Below, one piece after another: positions 50,825 to 64,000 of a stretch of 64,000 nucleotides of DNA; within the stretch, counting starts at the first letter, position 1; every line of letters starts with the position of its first letter. Position numbers and translations under genes: made by a program. This stretch comes from Eledone cirrhosa. Taxonomy: Eukaryota. A model generated the notes under the pieces. That model did no database searches and was not told where the DNA came from. It was given only the letters and a program-made list of their open reading frames with translations. The DNA is taken from positions 40,548,001 to 40,612,000 of the forward strand of contig OZ024756.1 of the NCBI GenBank assembly GCA_964016885.1, written 5' to 3'.

Positions 50825-52388
50825 GTGAGCCTCCAATTAAATTGCCTTAACGTGTGTCTGTGTGTGTGTGTGTATACATGCCTCTATAACTATACGTCTC
50901 TGTCTGTATATATATACGTCTGTATGTATGTGAGGTGAGCCTCCAATTAAATTGCCTTAACGTGTTAGTGTGTGTTGATATATATATATATATATGTGTA
51001 TATATATATACACACACAAACATATATTTATATATACATACATATTTATATGTATAGCTGTATGTGTATGTGCATCTGTACGTGTGCGTGTGTATGGATC
51101 CGTATGTGTGTGTATGTATATGTAACGGTATGTGTGTGTATGTATGTGCATCTGTACGTGTGTGTATCTATATGTATATGTATGTACGTGTGTGTATGTA
51201 TATGTATCTGTATGTATGTATATATGTACGTGTGTGCATGTATGTATCTGTACGTGTGTGTATATGTATCTCTATATATATATATGTGTGTGTGTCTTAA
51301 TAATATCGTTCACTCACCCCTTACTGGTTGTAGTAGTAATAATATTGTTGTTCTTCCCCCTCCGGTCAGCCCTTTCCAACCCCGTCTCAGCCCTCAGTCC
51401 CCCACCAGAGCGAGATATTAAGTAGACGAGGCAGGCAAGACCTTGCTACCATCACCAGCCTGTCTTGTCTGTCGCCAATCAGACATGGTGAAAATCTTAC
51501 TTAATAGCTCTATCACCCGATGTGTCCCGTCTCTTTTATTTATTCTCAAAACTGGTCTGGTTTGTGAGAGGTTTAGCTACTATTTCTAGCAAGTGACCCT
51601 TTACTATTCGTAGGCTCGTGTTGTTGTTTTTTAGCACCCTCACCCACTTAATACGAACACACGGAGATCGAATCGTATCGAATTCTACTGGCAAACGGAT
51701 CAGCTATGATCAGTTGTGTCTCAGCCGTGACCATCCCGTCTTTTTTGGTTGTCAGACAATATATCACGCACATACATACATATATATGTGTGTATATATA
51801 TATATATGTGTGTGTGTGTATCTATAAATATGTATGTTTGTGTGTAGGGTTACATGATCTGTGTGATTTGAGGGAGGTTTGTCTGCTACTTCTAGCAGTA
51901 ATATACTTGGTCGTTCGCTGCTTGTTAATTATTACTCAGCCACCTCCTCTGGTCAACTGTGACATCTAAACAGGCTGACCTATGATCAAAGGCTTTCCAA
52001 TCGTGGCCATACATACTGAATCATTATATCTAGGACTATATTATATACATTTATCTAATGTATATCTCCACTATTTTAAAGATAGTAGGGCGTGTATGAT
52101 TTGAAGAATATTTCGCTATTCTTTTTAGCAAGGCAGTACTACATAGAAGTATCGTCGAGTAGACAGACAAACAAACCTATGACCATACCGTTTTTCTTTT
52201 GTTAGACATAGTGTAATCTATCTACTTTTATATTATACAAAATCTAATTCCCTTATTTAAGGCAGGTGCATCATTTAACTACTACTTCTCGCTCATCGAG
52301 CTACCACGTAGAGGCTTTCTCGCTGGATCCTGTGTCTTTAGATTTTCGAAACGAACATCCATTTTATGTTCCCCCTTAATTAACCATC

Positions 52389-52448
<60 letters not shown>

Positions 52449-52463
52449 TCACACACACACACA

Positions 52464-52544
52464 CAGGGTGTCCCCCCCCAAAATGTATACACACTTCAAC
52501 AGCATTCTAATAAGTATGTGTATACATTTTTTTAGGACACCCTG
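52464..52544. mobile_element. Tiny Tc1/mariner-type MITE
   Basis: TIRs CAGGGTGTCC...AAAATGTATACA / TGTATACATTTT...GGACACCCTG followed by TA. Confidence 0.7.
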
Positions 52545-53375
52545 TATATATTAATAACCCTGTGCCATCCCTAATTCATCGTTGACTCTAGTACCTCCTT
52601 GAAAAAATGGCGTTTTGCTAAGAGTTGTTAAGATGTAGTTCTGATAGTTTTTGTGTTGTTACTAAGAACCCATGTCAGCTTGAAAACATTTGATAGCGAC
52701 CAGTTGATCAACGACAGCAAAACTATTTGTAGTTTATGTTTGTCATAAAATAATCAGGCTCCTCGCATATATAATGCAACAATTAATAAAAATAATAATT
52801 AAAAAAACAACACTAAGAATAAATATATTCTATATTGCATCACATTTTTCTCCTCTCTCTCGTATACGTGTATGTATATATATGTGTGTGTGTATGTATG
52901 CGTATATATATAGTATATGATATGTATATGTGTGTGTATGTATTCGTATATATATAGTATATGATATGTGTGTGTATGCGTATATATATAGTATATGATA
53001 TGTATATATATATGTGTGTGTGTGTATGCGTATATATATAGTATATGATATGTATATGTGTGTGTGTGTATGTATGCGTATATATATAGTATATGATATG
53101 TATATATGTGTGTGTGCGTGTAATTATATATAGTGAAAAATTGAACGGGAACAAAACAGAGGCAGTACGAACAAAGATTTATTAGTTTCACGCTCTTGAG
53201 AGTGGGGTGGTGGGTATATATACACTGGTATCCATTTGTTTATGGTGGGGCCGATAGAATTCAACGAAGGCTTGAAAAGATAGTTTCAACGGGGTTTGGT
53301 GGTGAGTGCCATAGTTTTTATTGTGGGCTCCCATCGCATAAGGTTCCCTCGAACATTCAGTTTACCTACAGAATC

Positions 53376-53416
<41 letters not shown>

Positions 53417-53959
53417 CGTGTGTGTGTATTGAACAATGAAAATAAAACAAAAGTCGAAGATAGGTTCTTAATTAGTTCAATGTTTTACGATCGTTTCAGA
53501 GAGTTGATTGATCATGATAGATCGATATATTGACTGGCAGGTAATGGTTATGTCTCTAGCTATTTCTGAGGAAGACGGTGTGATGGATCAGGGATTCGAC
53601 ACTAGAAATGTATATATCACCATCGTTACCGTTTATCGTCCATTTTCCACGCTAGCATGGGTTGGACGGGTTGTCCCATTGTGAGTCAACTCAGCTCTGA
53701 TGACCATGTCTTCCTCATAACAGAACTGTTTCTGGATTGGTTTCTACGAGTGAATGCCCTTCCTAACGCCAACCACATTTACTGTGTGTACTGGGTGCAT
53801 TTCATCGTGGCACAACCGCCTTACAGAGTGGACTGGGTGGTGTTTGTCATGTCACCAGCACTATCACTATACAGAGTGGACTGGGTGCTCTTTGTCATGG
53901 CACAGTGCAACAATACTATTATATATTATGTGTATATATATTAAATGTATATTTAATCA

Positions 53960-54540
53960 ATAGATCACACTGCCTGCATGGACTCCCTTGACTCTCTGTC
54001 GCTGCCATCCAATTCTAGTGTCCATCATCTTCAGCAAGTCAGAGAAATTGCAGTTTGTTGTCACAAATTTGCTTGATATAGGTCTTGGCTTGTCCTCTGC
54101 TAGCTCTTCCTTGTGTAGGCTCCCACAAAAGAACTTCATTAACTATTTCATCTTTAGCTCTCCAGCAATGTCTTGTGAATTTGACTTCACTCTTTGATGA
54201 TGTCTTTTAGATGAAGGCTCCCATATTGTCTCTCATTGGTCAGATAAACTCTCCAAGTGACATTCAAAGCCACTCTTATCATCTGAGTGTAAGCTCCATC
54301 TAATCTTTCCAGTTTTTTAAGTAAGGGATCCTTGCTGAGCATCCATACAATAGAACAGAGGTAAGACTTGCTTAAAAGAGGCTCCTTTTCATGTCTGGAA
54401 GTCTAGATTTCCACACTAGAGATAACATGTCGATGGTATCCCAAGCCTTACCAATGTGTGTGTTTACATTGTTTTCGAAGCTAGAGACTTGACTACTCAG
54501 AGAAATAAATTCTTCTACACAGTTGAGAAGTGTTTCTGAC
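53960..54540 (-). mobile_element. Degenerate LINE (RTE-like) RT fragment
   Basis: Minus-strand remnants such as RVALNVTWR and a 'W..R.R' terminus; multiple frameshifts. Confidence 0.5.
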
Positions 54541-55048
54541 ACTGCTTTGATTCAAGCTTGTGTATTCTGTATTGTTTGAGTTAACACGGAGAATGATACC
54601 TTTGGCTTATTAGATATGTATATTGTATTATATATATATATATCCATCTAGCGCGGGTAAAATTCCCGAGATCCATGGACGAGTTCTCTCCAGGAGTCTC
54701 TGTCCCTCATCATCGCTGCTATGTCCTGCATCTCCCAAGGTCTGTCCTTAGGGCATCAACATATGTCAACCATGCAGGTGTTCCCACAGGAGCACAGAGT
54801 GCAGTGTCAACTCTGGATGTCGGTGAGCATGTCCAGCTAACCTCAGTCTCCTCTGTGCTACTTTCTAGCTGACTTTTGTATATATGTATATTGTAGTGTA
54901 TTATATTTATATGTCTATTGTACTACATATATGTATATGATTATTAATTCTAATTCACTAATTCTGTATCATTCTAATGTAGGTGATGTTTTAGTCCAGA
55001 TGGGTGATGTAAGTGGTGCTAGCTACCACTTAGTGAAAACCACCTCCA

Positions 55049-58000
55049 ATGTTGGCAACTACACACATTGTCTCACCTACAGAGTCAACAAATACCGCAC
55101 AGTCAAAGAGGTAAACCCCTCTCCTCACTTTATTGAAAATATTTTTGTTGCTAACCCCTCTGTTAACAGGGGTATGGCCTTAAAACACTTGCTATGCTAA
55201 TCCATCTGTTAACAGGGAGGGAATGGCATTAAACCATTTGCTGTTGCTATTTTTGTTTAAATTGAAGGTACATTTTAGATGTGCTAATTGAAAAAAAAAA
55301 ACAATGTTTTAATGTAAATCAAGAGCTATGCTGTCTAATTAAATTCTTGAATTAGTTTTGATTTTTTGCTGTAAACACTTCTTTTACGTTTCCCATGTTT
55401 TTAGGAAAGATAAAGGTTCCATCTTCCCATTTTTCACAGTAATTCTATAAGAGACATTCATTAGCAGATGTATGATGTCTAGAGAAGCTTGGTACATTCT
55501 ACCAACAATTTACACAATAGAGAAGTATATCATATGACCCCACCCCCACAACACAGTCTCCATCACAGCTCTAATCTTTAATCCATAGAAATGTATATCA
55601 TATTTCTTGTTATTTTGATTGTCTTCTATAATCTCTTGTATTCTATTTCCCACCACCAGTACTAACAGTAATAGTAGTGTTAGCAGTAGTACTACTACAA
55701 CAACTCTAATTAGTCAACAGACTACAACTAGCAGTACTACTTCTACTACTACTGCACTACCTCTCACTACTCAACAACAAAGTTCTGAACCCCACAGCCT
55801 TGAGCATGAAAAGAAAGCAATTTGTCGGTAAGTCAACTCCATTTCATTGTTTCGTCCATACAAATATTTCTGAAATTCAAATAAAATGCATATGAAACGT
55901 ATATATAAAATTCATATAAAAAAATATATATATAAGTTGACCTCAGCAAGATTTGAACTCAAAACACAGAGAACTGGAACATGTATAGACGCTCTAACAA
56001 TTCTGCCAATTTGCTGCCATCTGTTTTACATGCATGATAAATGTTAAGGAAATTATTTGTCATTAAATATGCTGATGAGACAAAACAGACATTAAATGAT
56101 ATTAATGATTATCTTCCATCTTTCTCATTATACCAGGCACCCCCTATTTCCCTTGATGGCCCTGTTATTTGAGAAGTGTGAAAGGGCAACTCAAACCCCT
56201 GATTGTCCAGCGGGGGACAGCTTCGATGTTGACATTCAGGCTTTTGTGCAGCACCAGGAGAAGGACCGTAACCCTTTCTTCAGTGATGACACTGAATTGG
56301 ACAGCTTAGTAAGTTTCATCAAACTGCAAATACCTTTTGTTTTCTTAACACTTTTTACACTACCTGAAAGCCCCTTGTTCTACGATACAAAACTCTGTGT
56401 TTTAAAGTGTTTATATTTATCTAAAACCTTCCATCGTAATTTTATGCAAGGACCTTTAAGTTATGTTCCTAATATCAGCTTAATAATGAGAAAGTTTAGT
56501 TCTATGGTTCACAACTGTTTGTTTTAAAGTATGTCATCATCATCATTTAACGTTTATTTTCCATGTTAGCATGGGTTAGACTGGTTTGTCCCATTTGAGG
56601 CAAGCTAGGTCGGGTGACCGTGTCTTGCTCATATTGGACTGTTTCTGGCTAGATTTCTACAGCTGGATGACCTTCCTAACACGTGTATATTTATCTAAAA
56701 CCTTCCATCTTAATTCGTGTGTATCGGTGTATTTCTTCATTCTGTTCTCTCTTAGCATCCAACACCACAGACAGTCATATTTGTTTATGTTCTGCATCAA
56801 TAGAGAACTCACTGCTCAGCCGTTAATCATCATCATCATACGTCCGCTTTTCCCTGCTTGTCTTATTCAGCATAGCATCTCTCCACTTGTCACGGTCCTT
56901 TGTCAACTCCTCCGGCAATCTATAACTTACTTAGAATTTGTTGTTGTTGTTGTTGGTGTTGTCTGTTGAACTGATGTTCTATATTTTTATCCTGTCTCTT
57001 CTCCAGATGGTGAAGGCTATCCAGGTTCTACGTATCCACCTACTGGAGCTGGAGAAAGTGAATGAGTTGTGCAAGGACTTCTGTAACCGATATATAACAT
57101 GTTTGAAGAGCAAGATGCAGAGCGAGCATCTGCTGCGAACGGAGGTGCATTCACCGACGCACCATTTCGATGGTTCTATGAGCAGCAGCAGCAGCAGCAA
57201 CGGCAGCAGTTCAGGAAATGTCACTCCTGCCCTCAGCACAACTTCTGCGCAGCTAACCCCAACTACTACAGGCGCGTTGTCTTCCACCGGTGGGAACAAC
57301 ACCAACACCACTACTACCACCACCACCACCACCAAAAGCAGCAGCACTAGCAACCACCACCACCACCACCACCATCAGCAACAACACCACAACAGCAACA
57401 TCATCACCACCAGCGCTGCCACAAGCAGCAGCAGCAGCAGTAGTAGCAGTAGCAACAACAACAACAGTAACACCACACTAGCAGCAGCAGCTTCATTGCA
57501 AGGTCAGTTGCAGATGCAGCAGCAAGTTGTGGCGTCTATGGCCGCCAATAATGTTTTTATACAGCAGGGACTGGCTGCAGCTGCACAGCCGGCTGCAGCT
57601 CTTTCAATGGCGTCCCTAGGACAGGGTCAGATTGTATCTGGAGGAACTGTGTATCGAATGGTTCAAACACCACAAGGCATTGTTGCACAACCAATCCAGG
57701 TCAGTAAACTTGTTGTTTTAGTCAAATTAGTAGACTGTTGTAATTGTTGTGGTTGTTGTTGTATCAAGCAGTGTTTTATTCCAATTGTGAGGCACAATGG
57801 CATTTTATGTGATGCTCTACCAATTCTGCCAATCCACCTCGCTAGAAACTTTACTAATATATTAAAAATTGTCATGTTTCTTATTTCAGATTCAGACTGC
57901 CTCCCTGCCTAACCAAGTGGCAAGTGGACCACCTCTTATTCATGGTAGTACTCCTTTGTCACAGATTGGTGTTGTAGGGACACCCAATATTATTGGACAA

Positions 58001-61000
58001 ATGCCTAACACTTCTGCTCCATCCACTGCAGGTAAATAAATAAGAACCCACTCAAACAACGTTTCTTTTTTTTTTTTCCCTGTTTCTCCTTCCATCTCAT
58101 CTCCTTTCCCTACCCCCATTCCCCCACATCCTCCCATCTCATCTAGATATCACAAGGCATTATGTTAATGCAGTGACAACACACAATAAAAATAAGGCTA
58201 TTACTACCACTAATAATAATAATAATCATCGTTATAAAAGAAGAGCTGTCTGTCTGTCACACATATATGTACTAGGTTGAGGAAAAAGTTTGTGCACCGT
58301 GTTAAATAATGATTTTTTATGCAAGAATTTATTCAAAAACAACAACAACTATTCTTCAAAATAAAGACCATCATTGTCCACGACCTTCTGCCAACGACCT
58401 GCAAGCTTTCGGATTTGGTCAAGGTAGCAATCCTTTGGATTTGAATCGAAAAATTCTTGACAGGCTTCTTCAACTTAATCGAATGACTCAAATCGGCGAC
58501 CTTTCATAAGGTGCTGCATTGATCGGAAGAGACTGTAGTCAGATGGAGCAGCGTCTGGACTATGGGCTGGATGCGACAGAACTTCCATACCGTTCAATTC
58601 TTCAATCTTGTTGCTGGTCTTTCTGGCGGTATGCGGCTTTGCATTGTCTTGTTGAAACAGAGCGCGTTTTCGACGAACAAGACTTTGGTACTTTTCAACC
58701 AGCGCATCGTAGACTCGATCAAGTTGCTTGCAGTAAAGTTCAGCGTTGATGGCGCGACCATTATTTTAACACGCCGCACAAACTTTTTCCTCAACCTAAT
58801 ATATAAGACTGGAGAAGGAGTGAAAACAGAAGGTTTCCCCTTTTTTAAGTTGAGAGAAAGGAGACAACTTAGTAATTCTTATAGTTTATTACAAGCTGAA
58901 GAATCTACAAGGGTTAGGGGTAATAAGGTAAAGATATGTAGGATGTGGGGGAAGCCAGTGGGGAGGGGGACACCTTCTAGTAATCATGAAAATGAAGTAA
59001 AACAATATGTAAAATATCCCTTTCAGCAAGACAATTTCTGGAACTGACAAATACACAGCTGTTGAATTCACAGCTCTATCTATCTATCTTTACTTCATTC
59101 TATTGTCTATTACCAGCTTCAACCCAGATTACACACATGACCAGTCTTGCTCAACTAGGCTCAGACGATGAAGATATGATTTGTAAAAGAAAAACTAAGA
59201 GAGGAATTTTACCCAAGACAGCAACTAAAATTATGAGGTCTTGGCTGTTTCAGCATATTGTGGTTTGTATCTACATTATTTTTTCTCCCCTTTAAAATTT
59301 GTAAACCTTTCATACCTGAGTTATATCCATTTTTTTTTTCCTATATAATATATAACCCTTTTGTAAGGAACCAACCCAAGAACACTGAGACTGTTGTGGA
59401 ACAGGCTTGAACTACACCTTATCTAAGCTAATTCCCTTCTTGTTTAAATCATGTTACAAGAAAATTGAAAAGAATGGAAATGAGAATGATCCTCGAGTTT
59501 CCATGTTTTCCTTATCCAGATTGCCTTTTGTCCCCTTACACTAAAGTCAATGGTAACTAATGTATGTTGACAGCTACATTTTTCTCCAGTGAATAACTCA
59601 GCATTTACAACAATCTGCCTATTTTGTTTCTATATGACAATAAAGTCTATTTAGCTTGTGTGCGTGTCCACCGCATTGATAGATGGTTGTGATTGGCTGG
59701 GTGGGTTTTCTGCAATTTGTATTGTAAATGAATAGTTTACATGCATCACTGAGGTCTTCCACACAGCTCCCATCTACCAGATTTTACTAAAAACACAAGT
59801 TTATAGTAATTATTGAAAACCAAATATTAATTTAAAAGATAAAAAAAGATTTGATGTCTGATCTAATAAATTTAATTTTTCTAGCATCCATACCCTTCAG
59901 AAGATGAAAAAAGGCAAATTGCTGCCCAGACAAACCTAACGTTACTTCAAGTCAACAACTGGTAAGTTTTAGGATAAAATTATCTTGTTATTATGAATAT
60001 ATAAGCTTCTCTTTCAACCTGCCTGTGGGTACACTGTACCTCCTATGCCCTCATGATCTATAGTGGGTATACTGTACCTCCTATGCCCTCATGATTTATA
60101 GTGGGTACACCGTACCTATGCAAGCATGGAAAATAGACATTAAACAGGTATGATGATGTGTCTATATATATATATATAGTTGGTAGTTAGTTTCTACAAT
60201 TTCTGTCTACCAAATTTCATTCAGTGGACATTGGGAGCCTGAATTTAGTTAAGACACTTTCCTGATCTGCCACGCATTGAAATTGAACCCAACACCACAT
60301 CATTGCAAAGGGAATTTCTTAAGCACAGAGTCAGGTCATGTCTGAGCCTGGCTTTTGTGTTCAGTTATTGTTTACTTTCTACTTTATATTTGACAGGTTT
60401 ATCAATGCTCGTCGGCGTATACTGCAGCCAATGCTAGATGCCAGCAATCCTGACCAGGCCAAAGTGAAAAAGAATAAGCCACCGAATCGACCTCTGCAAA
60501 GATTCTGGCCTGAAAACATAGCTAACCTACGTCCACAATTACCTTCTACTTTTGATGGTAACCATTCTGGTAGTTCCAGTCCATTGTCTATCGGAGATGC
60601 CGATGATATTGGTGATGGAGGAGCATCGAATGAGAGTAGCTCTTTAGCCACATCAAACCAGCCGTCCAAGCCAGCTATATTGCTACCCAATATGGAGACA
60701 ACTTGTAAGTTGAATTTCTTTTCTAAAAAATTGTGTCTTTAGAGGGTTATAGTAATGTAAATTGGACAGTAAATGTTTAATTTACCCTTAATATTTCAGG
60801 ATAAAATACATTTGTCAAAAGAGGAATTGGAGAAACTGTGGCATATTTTAATCTGGAAGTGGAGAATGGATCGTGTTTTTAAGCTATAGTTGTATCTATT
60901 GTTGAAGTGTAGTAGTAAGTCTCTCTATGTTGAAGTGTAGTAGTAAGTCTCTCTATGTTGAAGTGTAGTAGCAAGTCTATCCATGTTAGCCACTCTATGA

Positions 61001-62016
61001 TGAAGTTCTGGTCTATTGTTGAAGTGTAGTAGTAAGTCTGTATGGAGGCTCATTCGTTAGTTCAATGTAAATGTTTTGTTAATGGTTAGCTAAAATAGGT
61101 TTGTATAATCTAGAGATGGATGAAATATAGATTCTATATTTTAATAGATGTAAAATAAATTGCTATGGAGGGAAGGGTGATGTGTATATGACATGTCTTA
61201 AAGTATTAGCTATGGAGAGAAGGGTGATGTGTATATGACATGTCTTAAAGTATTAGCTATGGAGAGAAGGGTGGTGTGTATATGACATGTCTTAAAGTAT
61301 TAGCTATGGAGGGAAGGGTGATGGATTAAACCCTTTAATGTTCAAACCAGCCAAAATTCTCTACCTTTTTCTGTTGAAACATGGCTGTAACTGGTCGCTC
61401 AAACTGATGTTAAAAATCTCATAGATTCGATATTGTGAGATAAAGCATTTACCATGAAAATATAATAGTATTTATAGAGTAATGTAAATGCTAAAGGGTT
61501 AAAAAACAATAGTTATGTTTGTATAGCCATGCTGATATTGTTTATAGAATCTTATACACAGTAAATTATGTAAAGAGGAAATGTTTTAATGTTTATTTTC
61601 TTGTTTCTCTTCCAGTTGTCATCAGTGATGGCCACATTAATGCTTCCATATCTCTGGAAAAACTCCGTAACTTTGATCACACTTCTTTGGCAAATATCTC
61701 GGAAACGTCTCGGATCATTCAGAACAGCAATACCACCACTGCTACCACTACATTGTCTTCCATTATGAGCAACAGAAACAACACCACCATTGGTCATAGC
61801 AGTGGTAATAGTCAGTTCAACATTGACAGTAGTAATAGTAGTAGTAGTAGTAGTAGTACCTCAGCTAATACTAAAGCTGCTACTACTACTCCTGTTCACC
61901 AAACAAACAAAGAGACTGGCAGAAACAACACAAGTAAAGACTTAACCTCTAATAGTAGTAGTAGTAGTACAAGTGGTAGTAGGGGTCAGACAATCTCCCA
62001 GACAACTCCTCTTTGA
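55049..62016 (+). CDS. PKNOX: PKNOX/Prep (Meis-like TALE class) homeobox transcription factor
   Basis: Exons 55049-55110 (start tentative), 55660-55827, 56137-56308, 57007-57699, 57890-58031, 59117-59262, 59885-59961, 60397-60704 and 61616-62016. MEINOX domain [15 protein letters not shown]...[26 protein letters not shown]; homeodomain [61 protein letters not shown]. Confidence 0.93.
58272..58799 (-). mobile_element. Internally deleted mariner element with both TIRs and TA TSD
   Basis: TA|CTAGGTTGAGGAAAAAGTTTGTGC ... GCACAAACTTTTTCCTCAACCTAA|TA. The minus strand encodes YCKQLDRV...FQQDNAKPH...[13 protein letters not shown] (mariner DD34D C-terminal half). Confidence 0.9.
61162..61322. repeat. 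47-bp tandem repeat (~3.4 copies)
   Basis: Unit GCTATGGAG(A/G)GAAGGGTGATGTGTATATGACATGTCTTAAAGTATTA. Confidence 0.9.
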
Positions 62017-64000
62017 TGCTGCAATAAATTAAATGGGAGATAAAAGGAACCCGAAACAGTTTATATACACACTCTATATAAATATGAACACCTTTTTTAT
62101 TATATGATATTATATATGTATATATACATGTATGTATATATACCTATATATGTGTATATGTATATATTTTCTTTGTTTTTCAAAATACAGAAAAAAAACA
62201 AAAAAACTTGTTTGTTGTTATTATTTGTCTGAAGGAAAGGCAGGGTTAAGTATGGTACCATACATAGCTCTTACTTTATGTATAGTACCACAGTTGTTAC
62301 CTTATGTATAGTACCAGTTGTTGATACACACATATAGTGTGCTAGTGTAGAAACCGTTTCTTGACCAATTGGTTACAGTACCACTGTGACCCCCATATAT
62401 AACTTGCTCCTTATAACATGTGTGACCCCCATATATGGCAATTGTGAGTGTTGGTTATAAGCTACTGCTAAACCTACAAACTTATTTCTATATCCAATGA
62501 TAACAAAAGAAATAGGCCAGGTATTAACATTTTATTCATCTACGACACATTGAGCTGTCCTGATTGATATATATATATATATATATATATAATATGTTCG
62601 TCTGTTAAAAGGTTTCTATCCCCTTACTCAACTCTTTGGGAGAAAGTGATGCCATGGTTGGGTTTCTAGAACCTTCCACATGTGTAAGGTTGTTAATTCT
62701 GAGATAAAGAAAGGAGTATTGATCCTTAGTAATTGATTGATACTTTATCAACTGTACAAGTGAAAAACAAACCTGAACAAGGACTGGTTGGGGTTATAAT
62801 GACCCCTTTAACTTAGGTGAATGTAAATGATGATTGTCACCACTTTACAAAGTATAAAAAAGCACTATGATTGCATCACATTAAAAATTAAAGTTGTTAC
62901 TTTAAAACTGCAAATTTTCAGCAGTCTGCTTACTAATGAAGACATTACAAACATTTAATTTACATGAAATGATCAAAGCATTAAAGAAAGGCTATCAAGA
63001 GTGAAGGCAGGCAGTGGCCATGATCCATATCAGCGTTGCCCAGTCCCAAGTTGGTAGAAGGAAGGTATCCTTTGGCTGGAGACCTAGTATCAACTACAGA
63101 GCGGGTGTATACCAGATGATAGATTAAGTTGCCCTTCACTGGTACAGCTGACCAGACAGCAGCATTTATTTATTACACTCTTTTTCCATTTGTTTGTATA
63201 AAAACAAAAACATTGTCTTTGACTGATGTATGTATGTATATATGTGTGTGTAGGGAGAGTAATTCTGTTTGTAAGGAACAGTTTCAGTACCAGACTGGAA
63301 GCTACCTTCCATGTTTAAGCGAAACCAACAAAAGTTAATTCTAACAATCAAAACTGCAGATAATAATAAAGGAGTAAAAATCACTTGAAATACTGTTGTT
63401 ACCATTAAGAAAAGACAATAGTCTTGGAAACACAACTTCCAATACCGAATATTTGAAGCTATGAAAGATTCTCTCTTTGCTACAGGTCAGGGAAAGGTTG
63501 TTTTTTGTTTAGAAGAAAACCAACAGCAGTCGCCCACATACAATGTGGCCAATGTTGTCCGAGGAAAAGACAATTTATACAAATTGAAACCAGCCGCATC
63601 AGAGGTGAATTTAAAATGCAAAAGGTTGAAAGAAATACAAAGAGTTTTGCCATCCAACCTCTAACAATTCTGCCAATTTGCCACCCTTGGATTGATGCTT
63701 TATCAACAGCAAAAGGATGTGTGTGAGGAGGGAGAGCAAGGGAGTGCTGAGCTGAAACAATTACGGCTTAAACAACAGCCAATACTAACAAAAGTGTGCT
63801 TTATTGTAGATATTGAAAACTACATCAGATCTCCACCATTGATACAATAGAGATTATGAAGGTGAGGAATTAAATATGAAATTAACAGAAAATATCAATT
63901 CAATCCAGCCTAGGACAGTGATATTATCTATCAAAATAATTGCTTCACAAACCAACGAGAAAGGGATCTGGGCCGCTATAATGTCACACATGACCTATTA

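Noticed and set aside
53480-53615. GAAACGATCGTA (minus strand) and CTGAGGA...GAAA (plus strand) half-motifs
   Set aside because: The two halves are on opposite strands or lack a consistent stem I; no complete core.
55000-55008. Alternative PKNOX start (MGD|gtaagt)
   Set aside because: The phase-0 donor is incompatible with the phase-2 acceptor at 55660; ATG 55049 with donor 55110 fits better.

Overview
AT-rich, intron- and microsatellite-rich eukaryotic DNA. The SINE and repeat landscape suggests an invertebrate, probably an octopod cephalopod (inference). Seven spliced protein-coding genes can be assembled with GT-AG junctions and consistent phases: a hinderin/KIAA1328-like gene (+), two inverted CCDC153 (DRC12)-like paralogs, two PTPMT1-like mitochondrial phosphatase paralogs, ETFB (-) and a PKNOX/Prep TALE homeobox gene (+). 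There is also an orphan, inverted, near-identical copy of the PTPMT1 catalytic exon. Mobile elements include tRNA-derived SINEs, TTAA (piggyBac-type) MITEs, mariner relics, a non-autonomous Helitron, and R4/Dong, CR1, RTE and Tx1-like LINE fragments. The most notable signal is at least five type I hammerhead ribozyme motifs (CUGANGA...GAAA...NUH) in three sub-families. Most lie in small elements in or beside (TA)n tracts, resembling Penelope pLTRs or retrozymes, and two copies show clear stem II covariation. Also notable: the CCDC153 paralogs have exon interiors far more diverged than their flanking introns, and several filled/empty insertion-site pairs exist between them. All calls were made by eye; no database searches or folding programs were run.
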